Shown here one piece after another: positions 40,369 through 49,393 of a stretch of 64,000 nucleotides of DNA (its first letter is position 1; every line of letters begins with the position of its first letter). Below the pieces are notes generated by a model. That model was not told the DNA's origin. It did no database searches and saw nothing but the letters and a program-made list of their open reading frames with translations. Source of the DNA: an uncultured Chloroflexia bacterium. Lineage in GTDB: Bacteria; Chloroflexota; Limnocylindria; Limnocylindrales; CSP1-4. The position numbers and the translations under genes were made by a program. The DNA lies in NCBI GenBank assembly GCA_963713975.1, contig OY970218.1, forward strand, positions 2,144,001-2,208,000, written 5' to 3'.

Positions 40369-41334
40369 CTAGGTTCCAGCGATCTCCGCGATGGCGTCGC
40401 GGAGCTCCGCCTCGCTGACCGCTCCCTCGAATGAGCGGCGGACGATCCCCTCGCCGTCGACCGCGAACAGCCATGGCTCGGACAGGATGCCCCACTCGTC
40501 GACGGCCGGGACGGGCTGGAGCTGGCCGTCGGCGTCCAGGATGGGCTGTAGGCGGCCCTCCGTGAAGGACAGCTGGTAGGGCTCGACGTTGATGAACGAC
40601 ACGTCCTGGGGCGAGGACGCCGACACCTGCTTCACGAGATCGAGCGTTGGACCGCACTGGGCGCTCTGGCAGAACGCCGGGGTGGTGAAGGCCAGGACGA
40701 AGGGCTTGCCCTGCGCGACCGCGTCCGCCACAGACAGCTCGTAGAACAGTGGATCAGGGTTGGTGTCGGTGCTGAGCTGCTTGAGGTCACCACCGACGTC
40801 GGCGGCGGTCGGCGTGTCTGACGGCGGTGCCTTCTCGCCGACGGCGATCACCGGGAGGTCATCCTGGACCTGGAAGGCGACGCCGATCGCCTCCTGAGCC
40901 GCCCCCTGAGCCTCGGTGACGAAGATGGCCTTCCAGTCGCCGGCCTGCGGGAACTCCGTGTAGGCCACGTACTCGCCGCGGGAGCCCTCGATGGCCCAGA
41001 TGAAGTCGGCCTTCACGGCGGTGCCGGGATCGCTGGCGCCGGGTGGGACGAACGCGACCGAGACGGTCCGGTCGGGGCTCGCGGCCGGCAGGTTGGTGGT
41101 GGCGTCGAGGAGCGAGAAGACGAACCGGTACGGGCCCTTCACCTGCTGGCCGATGATCACCGGGATGACCGAGGGCGTGGCCCGGGCGGCCGACGCGCCG
41201 GGCGAAGGGGGTGCCACGGTCCAGTCGGGACTGGAACCCGGAGCGCCGGTGCCCGACGAGCAGGCCGCGACCAGGACGACCAGGACGGCGAGGACGGCGA
41301 GGGCGACGAGCGGTGCGGTGCGGGATCGACGCAT
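40369..41334 (-). CDS. Lipoprotein with a C-terminal thioredoxin-like domain
   Basis: Lipobox VAAC; FTTPAFCQSAQCGP and WGILSEPW (cis-Pro-like position). Confidence 0.75.
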   Translation of the reverse strand: MRRSRTAPLVALAVLAVLVVLVAACSSGTGAPGSSPDWTVAPPSPGASAARATPSVIPVIIGQQVKGPYRFVFSLLDATTNLPAASPDRTVSVAFVPPGASDPGTAVKADFIWAIEGSRGEYVAYTEFPQAGDWKAIFVTEAQGAAQEAIGVAFQVQDDLPVIAVGEKAPPSDTPTAADVGGDLKQLSTDTNPDPLFYELSVADAVAQGKPFVLAFTTPAFCQSAQCGPTLDLVKQVSASSPQDVSFINVEPYQLSFTEGRLQPILDADGQLQPVPAVDEWGILSEPWLFAVDGEGIVRRSFEGAVSEAELRDAIAEIAGT

Positions 41335-41378
41335 GCCGTGAGCGTAGCCCGAGCGCCCGTGATGTGCCGGGATCGGCA

Positions 41379-41427
41379 GGGCTCGTCACGGCGTCACGGG
41401 CTCGTCACGGCGGCCCGCGGGTAGAAT
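41379..41427 (+). promoter_or_regulatory. 15-bp direct repeats upstream of a TAGAAT -10 box
   Basis: GGGCTCGTCACGGCG at 41379-41393 and 41398-41412; TAGAAT at 41422-41427. Confidence 0.5.
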
Positions 41428-41498
41428 GGCGACCTTGCCTTCCGCGCGGCTCCGAGCGCCCCTGCCCCGTGCACCCTCAGAGGACGATCGCACCAGCC

Positions 41499-43517
41499 GT
41501 GACCCGCTTCCAGAAGATCGCCGTCGTGACCGTGGTCGCGACGATCCTGCTCGTCACCGTGGGCGTCATCGTTCGGGCCACGGGATCCGGCATGGGTTGC
41601 CCGGACTGGCCGCTGTGCTACGGCCAGATCGTGCCGCCGCTCGACGACTACAAGGCGTGGTGGGAGTGGATCCACCGGACCATCGCCGCCGTCATCGGCT
41701 TCCTGATCCTGGGCGTCGCGTTCCTCGCGTGGAAGGATCACCGTGACCGCAGGTCGATCCTGTGGCCCAGCATCGCGGCCGTCCTGCTGGTCGTGTTCCA
41801 GGCGTGGCTTGGGCGCGAGACCGTGCGCATGAACAACTCGGGCGAGTCGGTGACTGCCCACCTGGCGGCCGCGATGTCCCTGCTTGGCCTGCTCGTGTAC
41901 GTGACCGTTCGCGCCTTCTATCCCGCGCGCCTTCCGGCTCGCGGCAGCTCTCAGCGCTTCACCTTGCTCGCCGTCCTGACGGCTGCCGCAATGTTCGTCC
42001 TGCTCCTGTTCGGATCCAACGTCACGGCCCAGGACGCCGGGCTCGTGTTCCCTGACTGGCCGCTGATGAATGGCACCCTGTTCCCGATCCAGCAGGGCAT
42101 GGACCAGCAGGTGCGGGGCCTGTACGAGGCGCATGTTCTCCACCGCTACGTGGCGGGCGTGGTGCTGGTGCTGGTCTGGATCACCACGGCCGCTGCATGG
42201 CGGACGCAGCGGTCGAGGCCGGCGGCCGTCCGGCTCGCCGTCGCCATGGGCGTCATCTACACGATCCAGGTGCTCATGGGCGGGCTGCAGGTGTTCACCC
42301 GGCTGGCCGACTGGACGCAGACGCTCCACGTCGCCCTGAGCGCCATAGTGTGGGGGCTCGCGGTCGCCCTGGCGGCCACTGCCTACTACGAGGCGCGCAC
42401 CATGGCGCCGGCGCCAGGTGAGCCGGATGCGGATGCGGCCGAACCGGTTGCGGACCCGCTGCCTGGCAGCGACCCGGGTCCCGGCGCCGTGGCCGTCCCC
42501 GTCGCTGCCTCAGCGGTCGACGAGGCGATGATCCCGTACGTCGCCCTGTTCCCGGGGACGCCACCCAGCGTGGTGTCGCCCGCTTCCGACACCGCGGCCA
42601 CGGGGGGTCGCGGAGCCCGGGTCAAGGCCTACATCGCCCTGACCAAGCCCCGGATCATCGAGCTGTTGCTCATCACCACGATCCCGGCGATGGTCCTGGC
42701 CACCCGGGACGTCCCCGGCATGAACCTGCCCGAGTGGCTGCGGCTGGCCTTCTGGACGCTCGTCGCCGGCACCATGGCCGCGGGCTCGGCCAACGCCATC
42801 AACCAGTACCTGGATCGCGACATCGACCTGCTGATGACGCGGACCCGACGCCGCCCATTGCCGGCCCACGACGTGACGCCCGAGAACGCGCTCGTGTTCG
42901 GGATCGTGCTGGGGATCATCTCGATCGCTCTCATGGCCTTCTTCGTGAACCTCATCTCGGCTTTCCTGACCCTGCTTGCCATCGCCTTCTACGTGGTCGT
43001 CTACACGGTCATGCTCAAGCGCACGACGCCCTCGAACATCGTCATCGGCGGCGCCGCTGGCGCGCTGCCGCCGGTCATCGGCTGGGCCGCGGTCACGGGC
43101 AGGGTCGAGATCCCGGCGCTGTTCCTGTTCGCGATCGTCTTCTACTGGACGCCGCCCCACTTCTGGGCGCTCGCGCTGCGGATCCGCAAGGACTACGAGG
43201 CGGCAAGCGTGCCGATGCTGCCGGTCGTCAAGGGGGTGCCGGAGACGGCCCGGCAGATCGGGCTGTATACGATCCTGCTGGTGGCCATCACCCTCATCTT
43301 CTGGCCGGTGGCCGCGATGGGGCCGCTATATCTGATCTCGGCGGTCGTCCTCGGCGGCATCTTCCTGTGGCGGGCCTACGTCCTCTGGCGGCAGGCGACC
43401 TCGCCGGAGGGCTCGCTCGCACAGGCGATCCGCCTGTACAGGTTCTCGATCAGCTACCTCACGCTGCTGTTCGTGGCCGTTGCGGTCGACGCGCTGCTGG
43501 TGGGCCCGATGGCCTGA
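41499..43517 (+). CDS. ctaB: Fused heme A synthase (CtaA/COX15) and heme O synthase (CtaB/CyoE)
   Basis: GMGCPDWPLC and EWIHR in the N-terminal half; LTKPRII, DRDID.LM.RTRRRP, WTPPHFWAL and DY...PMLP in the C-terminal half. Confidence 0.92.
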   Translation: MTRFQKIAVVTVVATILLVTVGVIVRATGSGMGCPDWPLCYGQIVPPLDDYKAWWEWIHRTIAAVIGFLILGVAFLAWKDHRDRRSILWPSIAAVLLVVFQAWLGRETVRMNNSGESVTAHLAAAMSLLGLLVYVTVRAFYPARLPARGSSQRFTLLAVLTAAAMFVLLLFGSNVTAQDAGLVFPDWPLMNGTLFPIQQGMDQQVRGLYEAHVLHRYVAGVVLVLVWITTAAAWRTQRSRPAAVRLAVAMGVIYTIQVLMGGLQVFTRLADWTQTLHVALSAIVWGLAVALAATAYYEARTMAPAPGEPDADAAEPVADPLPGSDPGPGAVAVPVAASAVDEAMIPYVALFPGTPPSVVSPASDTAATGGRGARVKAYIALTKPRIIELLLITTIPAMVLATRDVPGMNLPEWLRLAFWTLVAGTMAAGSANAINQYLDRDIDLLMTRTRRRPLPAHDVTPENALVFGIVLGIISIALMAFFVNLISAFLTLLAIAFYVVVYTVMLKRTTPSNIVIGGAAGALPPVIGWAAVTGRVEIPALFLFAIVFYWTPPHFWALALRIRKDYEAASVPMLPVVKGVPETARQIGLYTILLVAITLIFWPVAAMGPLYLISAVVLGGIFLWRAYVLWRQATSPEGSLAQAIRLYRFSISYLTLLFVAVAVDALLVGPMA

Positions 43518-43552
43518 CGAAATCGCCAGGGGCGCGGGCGGCCCTCGGTCCC

Positions 43553-44218
43553 TCAGTCCCCGATGTCACCGCGCGCTTCGAGCACCGCACGCCGGCGACG
43601 TGAGACGCGCCCCTCGCGGTCGAACAGCCTCAGCGCCCCCTGCACCAGCGGGCCGATCCCCAGCGCGAACACCACGGTGCCCAGGCCGATCGTCCCGCCG
43701 GCGAGAAACCCCAGGGCCAGGACGCTCAGCTCGATGCCGGTCCGTGCGTTGCGGATCGACCAGCCGAAGCGCAGGTGCAGGCCGGTCATCAGCCCGTCGC
43801 GCGGGCCCGGCCCGAGATCGGACGCGAGATACAGGCCGCTTCCGATCGCGATCGTGACGACGCCGGCCAGCATCATCGCCAGCTGCTGCGGAAGCTCCGC
43901 GGCCGCTGGGATGATGCCCAGGGCCACGTTGGTGGAGGTGCCGATCAGGGCGATGTTGAGGATCGTGCCGATGCCGGGCCGCTCGCCAAGCGGCCACCAC
44001 GCCGCCAGGATGGGGATCCCCAGGAGAATGCTCACCGTGCCCAGTGGCAGCCCGGTCAGCCGGCTGATGCCCTGGTGGAAGACCTCCCAGGGCCCGAGGC
44101 CCATGCCGGCCTGGGCCATCGCGGCGATGCCCACCCCAAACATCACGAGTCCCACGAGGAGGCCCGGAAGCCGCGGTAGCACGACGGAGAGGGACCAGCG
44201 GGAGTCGGGTTCGGACAC
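43553..44218 (-). CDS. YczE/YitT family membrane protein
   Basis: GLGPWEVFHQG, GIGTILN, GPGPRDGLM and GTIGLGT. Confidence 0.88.
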   Translation of the reverse strand: MSEPDSRWSLSVVLPRLPGLLVGLVMFGVGIAAMAQAGMGLGPWEVFHQGISRLTGLPLGTVSILLGIPILAAWWPLGERPGIGTILNIALIGTSTNVALGIIPAAAELPQQLAMMLAGVVTIAIGSGLYLASDLGPGPRDGLMTGLHLRFGWSIRNARTGIELSVLALGFLAGGTIGLGTVVFALGIGPLVQGALRLFDREGRVSRRRRAVLEARGDIGD

Positions 44219-44268
44219 CCTGCGCATGGTACCGGTGCACGGGGTGCGCCACGGGCGGCCCCCGGCGA

Positions 44269-45921
44269 TCAGTCCGGTGGTGCGGCGCGTGCGATCTCGG
44301 CGAGCAGGGCGTCGGCTGTCGGTGGGTGGCCAAGCATGTGCTCGACCGCATCTCCGGCGGATCGCTCCCGCCCGAACCGCAGGATCCGGCCCCGCAGCCA
44401 CGCGTACCAGCCCGGATCGCCGCCGGCCCAGTCACCGCGCGCAGCATGGATGGCGGCCCGCATCGCCGCCGCCAGCACGGCCCCAATCGCGTAGTTGGCC
44501 ATGTAGCCGGGCTCCTGCACCAGCTGGCCACGGATCGCCCACCACGACCACTCGGGATGCGGGGCCATCCCCAGGCACGTGGACGTGAGATCGGTCCAGA
44601 CCTCGTTCGGCCGGCGGTCCGGGTCCTCGAGCATCCGGATCTCGAACATCGTCCAGGCCGCGTCCATGGCGACGCCGGCGTAGTGGCTGCGGGCGGCCGC
44701 AGCCGCTGGAACCTCGGAATGCCCCGGCAGCCAGCGTCGAAGCCACGCGGGATCTGCCACGTTGAAGGCGACGATGTCGGCCAATGCCTCCGTGAGCGCG
44801 TCGGCGTCCGGCCAGTCCGCGAAGGCGGGGCGGGTCCGGATGGCGGCGATGTGGATCGCGTGCCCGGTCTCGTGGATGAGCTCGGCAAGCTCACCCAGCC
44901 CACCGTCGACATAGGTGGCCATGACGGTGGGCCGACCCGGTGACCAGCTGCCGTCCGAGCGACGGTGCGGCCGGCCGCCGAACGTCGTGAAGGCCACCGG
45001 GACTGGGGGCCGTCCGGGCCGGGGCGTGATGTCGAAGCGAACTCCCAGCTCGTCGAGGTCGGCGCCCAGGGAGGCGTACACGGCGCGGTTGACCGCCAGG
45101 ATGTCCGCCAGCGGTAGCGGTCCGACGGCCCTCTGGACCTCGCCGGCGAGCCACCACCAGTCCCAGGGCTCGAGCGCCGGTTCGCCGGCGGCACGAGCCG
45201 GCTCGACGACCGCGATCCGCCACGCCTCCAGCACGCCCTGCGCCCACGCCGCGATGTCGCCAGTGGTCACGCCGAGGGCGTTGGCGTTGGCGTCCAGCCG
45301 CGAGCGCCCTCCACGAGCCTCCTCCGCTGCCCCGCGGACCAGTGCCCGATAGGGGGAGCGGCCCGCGTCGTCCCCGTTGACGACGACCCACAGCGGCTCC
45401 AGGGCCAGGAACAGGTCCCTCCGCAGCCTCGGATCCGGCTCCGAGCCCAGCCGGGCGAGCACCTGCGGTCGCGACAGCCGTTCTTCGCCCGCCTCGAGCG
45501 TTTCTGCGGTCGCCCCGTAGCAGGCTTCCAGGTGCCGGTGGAGCGGCTCGCCGCCATCGGCGATCAGCCGCTGCCACTCGCGATCGTCCTGACACGCGCC
45601 CGCCGCTGCCTCCGGGGGGATCGGGAGGCTGTAGCCGTCGGCCTCGGCCATGCCATCGCGCATGCGGCTCAAGGCGCGCTGATCCTCGGCGGCCAGGCGG
45701 GCGTCCGCGGCCATGGCGCCGGCGTCGTCGCCGGCATCGGGATCGACGTCGAACGTGGCAAGACCGGCGTGCACGGCACCCGATGTCGCCTTCGCCCGAG
45801 CCTCCAGCTCGGCGGTAGCGGCCGGTTCGCCGGTCGCGCGGGCGACGTCGAGCCGGTCGCGCGCGTCTCGGGCCGCGAGGTAGGCGGCCTCGAGGTCGGC
45901 GAGGCGGTCGGCGGGAGTCAC
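44269..45921 (-). CDS. Gluzincin metallopeptidase (M2/M3/M32-like)
   Basis: LIHETGHAIH (HEXXH), downstream TEALA and Y.ANYAIG. Confidence 0.7.
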   Translation of the reverse strand: MTPADRLADLEAAYLAARDARDRLDVARATGEPAATAELEARAKATSGAVHAGLATFDVDPDAGDDAGAMAADARLAAEDQRALSRMRDGMAEADGYSLPIPPEAAAGACQDDREWQRLIADGGEPLHRHLEACYGATAETLEAGEERLSRPQVLARLGSEPDPRLRRDLFLALEPLWVVVNGDDAGRSPYRALVRGAAEEARGGRSRLDANANALGVTTGDIAAWAQGVLEAWRIAVVEPARAAGEPALEPWDWWWLAGEVQRAVGPLPLADILAVNRAVYASLGADLDELGVRFDITPRPGRPPVPVAFTTFGGRPHRRSDGSWSPGRPTVMATYVDGGLGELAELIHETGHAIHIAAIRTRPAFADWPDADALTEALADIVAFNVADPAWLRRWLPGHSEVPAAAAARSHYAGVAMDAAWTMFEIRMLEDPDRRPNEVWTDLTSTCLGMAPHPEWSWWAIRGQLVQEPGYMANYAIGAVLAAAMRAAIHAARGDWAGGDPGWYAWLRGRILRFGRERSAGDAVEHMLGHPPTADALLAEIARAAPPD

Positions 45922-45977
45922 CGGCTCATCGTCGCACGCACCCGACTCCGGATCGGCCCGTGTGTCACGATCCGCGC

Positions 45978-47534
45978 ATGGAACTCTCATTTCTCGGCGG
46001 GGCGCGAACGGTCACCGGATCCCGACACCTGGTGGACACGGGCCACGCCCGGGTCCTGGTGGACTGCGGCATGTTCCAGGGCGGCCCCGACGAGACCGTC
46101 CGCAACCGGGTGCCCCTGGGCCTGGACCCGCGCACGCTCGATGCCGTGGTCCTCACCCACGCCCACCTCGATCACTGCGGGCTGCTGCCGGTGCTCGTCC
46201 GCGAGGGCTTCCGGGGCTCGATCGTGTGCACGGCCGCCACGGCAGAGCTGGCCCGGCTGGTGCTGTTGGATTCCGCTCGACTCCAGGAGGAGTTCGCGAA
46301 GCGCGCCGCCAGGCGCGAGCGTCGTGACCCGGGTCGTGCCGCTGAGCTCGAGGCCCGCGACGAGCACGCATTCGAGGAGGTCGTGGAGCTGGCGGCGGAG
46401 GGTGCGGCCAGCCCAGGCGGGCCCGACCCGGAGGACCTGCTGCGGGCGGCCGGCCCCGAGGTGGAGCTCGACTTTGGCGACCCGCTGTACACGGAGGACG
46501 ACGCAGGGGCGACGCTGCCCCTGATCCGCCCGATCCCGTACGGCGCCGAGCACGAGGTGGCCCAGGGGATCCACGTCACCCTGGTGGACGCCGGCCACAT
46601 CCTGGGCTCGTCCATCGTCCGTATGCGCCTGTCGCGGCCGGGCGGGGGACGGGACACGGTCGTCGTCTTCTCGGGCGACCTGGGGCGACCCGGGACGCCC
46701 ATCCTGCGCGATCCGACGACCATGACCGAGGCCGATGTCGTGGTCTGCGAGTCCACCTACGGGGGGCGCGAGCACGAGGCAGCCGAAGTCGCCATCGACA
46801 AGCTCGCCGATGTGGTCAACGAGACGGCCCGCAAGCGGGGTGTCCTGCTCATCCCGTCGTTCGCCATCGGACGGACGCAGGAGATCGTGTGGGAGCTCGG
46901 CCGGCTCCTGGCGGCGGAGCGGATCCCGCATCTGCCGCTCTATCTCGACTCGCCGATGGCGAAGGCCGCCTCCGACATCTACCGGGCTCATCCCGAGGCG
47001 TACGACGAGGAGACCGCGACCCTGCTGCGGGAGCACGACGCGCCACTCGACTACCCGGGACAGCACGTGATCCAGAACTACCACGAGTCGGAGCGGATCG
47101 AGCGCGCCCAGCCGCCCTACATGATCGTCGCGTCCAACGGGATGCTCACCGGCGGCCGATCCGTGGGCCACGCGGAGAACATGCTCGACGACCCGAAGGC
47201 GACGGTCCTGTTCGTGGGCTACCAGGGCGAGGGCACGCTCGGAGGGCACCTGATGCGGGGCGCCGAACGGGCCCGGATCAACGGCCGGGACATGCCGGTT
47301 CGGGCCACGATCCGGTCGCTCGACGGGTTCTCGGCCCACGCTGATGAGCCGGAGCTGCTGGCCTGGCTCGGCGGGTTCATCCGCGGCCGCAAGGCGGGGG
47401 ACCCGGGCGTGCCGGCACGCGTATACCTGGTCCATGGCGATCCGCCCGCACAGGCCGCGATTGCGCCCAAGGTGGCGGAGCTGGGGCTGCCCGTGGAGGT
47501 GCCGGCCTGGCACCAGACGGTGTCGCTGGACTGA
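45978..47534 (+). CDS. MBL-fold beta-CASP ribonuclease
   Basis: VTGSRH, DCGMFQG, THAHLDHCG, AGHILGS, SGDLG, ESTYG, FSAHAD and LVHGD. Confidence 0.92.
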   Translation: MELSFLGGARTVTGSRHLVDTGHARVLVDCGMFQGGPDETVRNRVPLGLDPRTLDAVVLTHAHLDHCGLLPVLVREGFRGSIVCTAATAELARLVLLDSARLQEEFAKRAARRERRDPGRAAELEARDEHAFEEVVELAAEGAASPGGPDPEDLLRAAGPEVELDFGDPLYTEDDAGATLPLIRPIPYGAEHEVAQGIHVTLVDAGHILGSSIVRMRLSRPGGGRDTVVVFSGDLGRPGTPILRDPTTMTEADVVVCESTYGGREHEAAEVAIDKLADVVNETARKRGVLLIPSFAIGRTQEIVWELGRLLAAERIPHLPLYLDSPMAKAASDIYRAHPEAYDEETATLLREHDAPLDYPGQHVIQNYHESERIERAQPPYMIVASNGMLTGGRSVGHAENMLDDPKATVLFVGYQGEGTLGGHLMRGAERARINGRDMPVRATIRSLDGFSAHADEPELLAWLGGFIRGRKAGDPGVPARVYLVHGDPPAQAAIAPKVAELGLPVEVPAWHQTVSLD

Positions 47535-47627
47535 CATTCGGGCCCGCGGCACTGCGCTGGCGGCACTCTCCGTGCGTGACCCGGCCGTCCTCCGCTACGA
47601 TCCCCGGAGCCCGCAGGAGATCCGCAG

Positions 47628-48911
47628 TTGGCCCTCGACGTCCCCGCCGTTCCAGGCGTCCCCGCGACGCCCCGCACGCCGGCCCCCATCGCGCCCGAGG
47701 AGATCGCGCGGATTCGCGCGCCGTTCCGCCAGGCGACGCTGCTGCCCGCCCGTGCGTACCACGACCAGGCGGTCTACGACTGGGAGATCGACGAGATCTT
47801 CCTCCGAGACTGGATCGCGGTGGCCCGCGCCGAGGAGGTTGCCGAACCGACCTCGTTCATCCTGCGCGACGTGTTCGGTGAGAACGTGATCATCGTGCGC
47901 GGCCGGGACGGGGTGGTCCGTGCCTTCTACAACGTGTGCCGCCACCGGGGGACCGCGGTGGAGGAACGGGAGTGCGGCACGGCCGTCCGCTTCCAGTGTC
48001 CCTACCACGCCTGGATCTACGACCTCGAGGGCAGGCTCGTCCGGGCCAAGCACACCGAGGACCTCGAGGACTTCAGCCTCGAGACCTTCGGCCTCACCCC
48101 GATCCGCGTCGAGACCTGGCAGGGCTTCGTCTTCCTGTGCTTCGCCGACGAGGCCGTGACCCCGCCACTGCACGACTACCTGGGAGACTGGTTCGAGCAC
48201 CACGAGGGCTTCGGGCGCGACATGAGCACGCTGCGGCGGGCCGCGCGGATGACGTACGACGTCGCCGCCAACTGGAAGATCGTGGCCGAGAACTACAGCG
48301 AGTGCTACCACTGCCCGCCGGTCCACAAGATGCTCAACCGGCTCACGCCCTACGACCTGGGTGAGGACTTCCTTGCCGAAGGGCCGTGGAAGGGCGGCTG
48401 GATGCCCTTCGCCGAGGGCTGCGAGACGATGTCGATCAGCGGGACCCGCGATGGCCGACCGCTCCTCTACGCCCGCGACGAGGCAGAGGCGCGACGGATC
48501 TACTACTACATCCTGTGGCCGAACCTGATCGTCTCGGTCCACCCGGACTACGTGCTCACGCACCAGGCGTGGCCGGACGGTCCCAACCGCACCACCGTCC
48601 ACTGCGACCTCTACGTCGAGGCCGACAAGGTCGACACCATCGAGATCTCGGGCGTCGTCGAGTTCTGGGACACCACCAACCGCGAGGACTACCACGTGGT
48701 GGCGATGCAGCAGCAGGGCACCCGGAGCCGCTCCTGGACCGCCGGCCGCTACTCCAACCAGGAGGCCTCGGTCCACGCGTTCGACATCATGGTCGCGGAC
48801 CGCTACGCGAACGACGGCACCCGCACCGTCCGTGGCTGGCGCACCGAGACGGCCAGCGACCGGCGACTGGTGACGAGGATCCTCGGGCCGGGACAGCAGC
48901 AGGAGGACTGA
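47628..48911 (+). CDS. Rieske non-heme iron oxygenase alpha subunit (choline monooxygenase/GbcA-like), copy 1
   Basis: CRHRG...CPYHAW Rieske motif and NWKI..ENYSECYHC..VH. Confidence 0.9.
   Translation: MALDVPAVPGVPATPRTPAPIAPEEIARIRAPFRQATLLPARAYHDQAVYDWEIDEIFLRDWIAVARAEEVAEPTSFILRDVFGENVIIVRGRDGVVRAFYNVCRHRGTAVEERECGTAVRFQCPYHAWIYDLEGRLVRAKHTEDLEDFSLETFGLTPIRVETWQGFVFLCFADEAVTPPLHDYLGDWFEHHEGFGRDMSTLRRAARMTYDVAANWKIVAENYSECYHCPPVHKMLNRLTPYDLGEDFLAEGPWKGGWMPFAEGCETMSISGTRDGRPLLYARDEAEARRIYYYILWPNLIVSVHPDYVLTHQAWPDGPNRTTVHCDLYVEADKVDTIEISGVVEFWDTTNREDYHVVAMQQQGTRSRSWTAGRYSNQEASVHAFDIMVADRYANDGTRTVRGWRTETASDRRLVTRILGPGQQQED
47876..48169 (+). repeat. 294-bp direct repeat, copy A (identical to 51378-51671)
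   Basis: Base-for-base match by eye; identical off-frame peptides in the ORF track at 47920 and 51422. Confidence 0.9.
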
Positions 48912-48997
48912 CCCGGCGCGGCGGCGTCGGCTGCCCGGCCGTGGGAAGATGGGCAGGCCAGGCGTGGACGACGCCGGGTTCTGGGAGGCAAACGGGA

Positions 48998-49315
48998 ATG
49001 AAGCTGCTGGTGGCGTTCGTACAGGAGAGCGACGCGGACGGCGTTTCGGACGCCCTGCGCAACGAGGGCTACCGGTTTACGCGGATCGCCTCCATGGGCG
49101 GGTTCCTGGACACGGCCAACGTGACGCTGATCATGGCCCTCAGCGACGAATCGGTCCCGGCCGTGGTGGACGTGTACAGGGCCAACTGCTCGGGCCGCGA
49201 GGTGGACGTGCCGCTCGTCCTGGAGGGCCGGCTTCGTGACTGGCGGGAGCAGGTCGTGAGCTACAGCGGGGCGACCATCCTGGTCTCGGAGCTCCAGGAC
49301 CTGATCCGCCTGTAG
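48998..49315 (+). CDS. Cyclic-di-AMP receptor, PII-like (DarA/PstA family)
   Basis: MKLLVAFVQESDA...TRIASMGGFL...NVTL...GATILV; GGGAGG RBS. Confidence 0.85.
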   Translation: MKLLVAFVQESDADGVSDALRNEGYRFTRIASMGGFLDTANVTLIMALSDESVPAVVDVYRANCSGREVDVPLVLEGRLRDWREQVVSYSGATILVSELQDLIRL

Positions 49316-49393
49316 CGGGCCGGGTTCGAGCGGCGGGACCGCGGCCGAAGCGCGCGCCGCCGCCGCGGCCGAGGCGCGCGCCGCCGGGGCCGC

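Noticed and set aside
49339-49386. GC-rich tandem duplication CCGCGGCCGARGCGCGCGCCGCCG between convergent genes
   Set aside because: It is low complexity and most likely slippage or a terminator-region feature.
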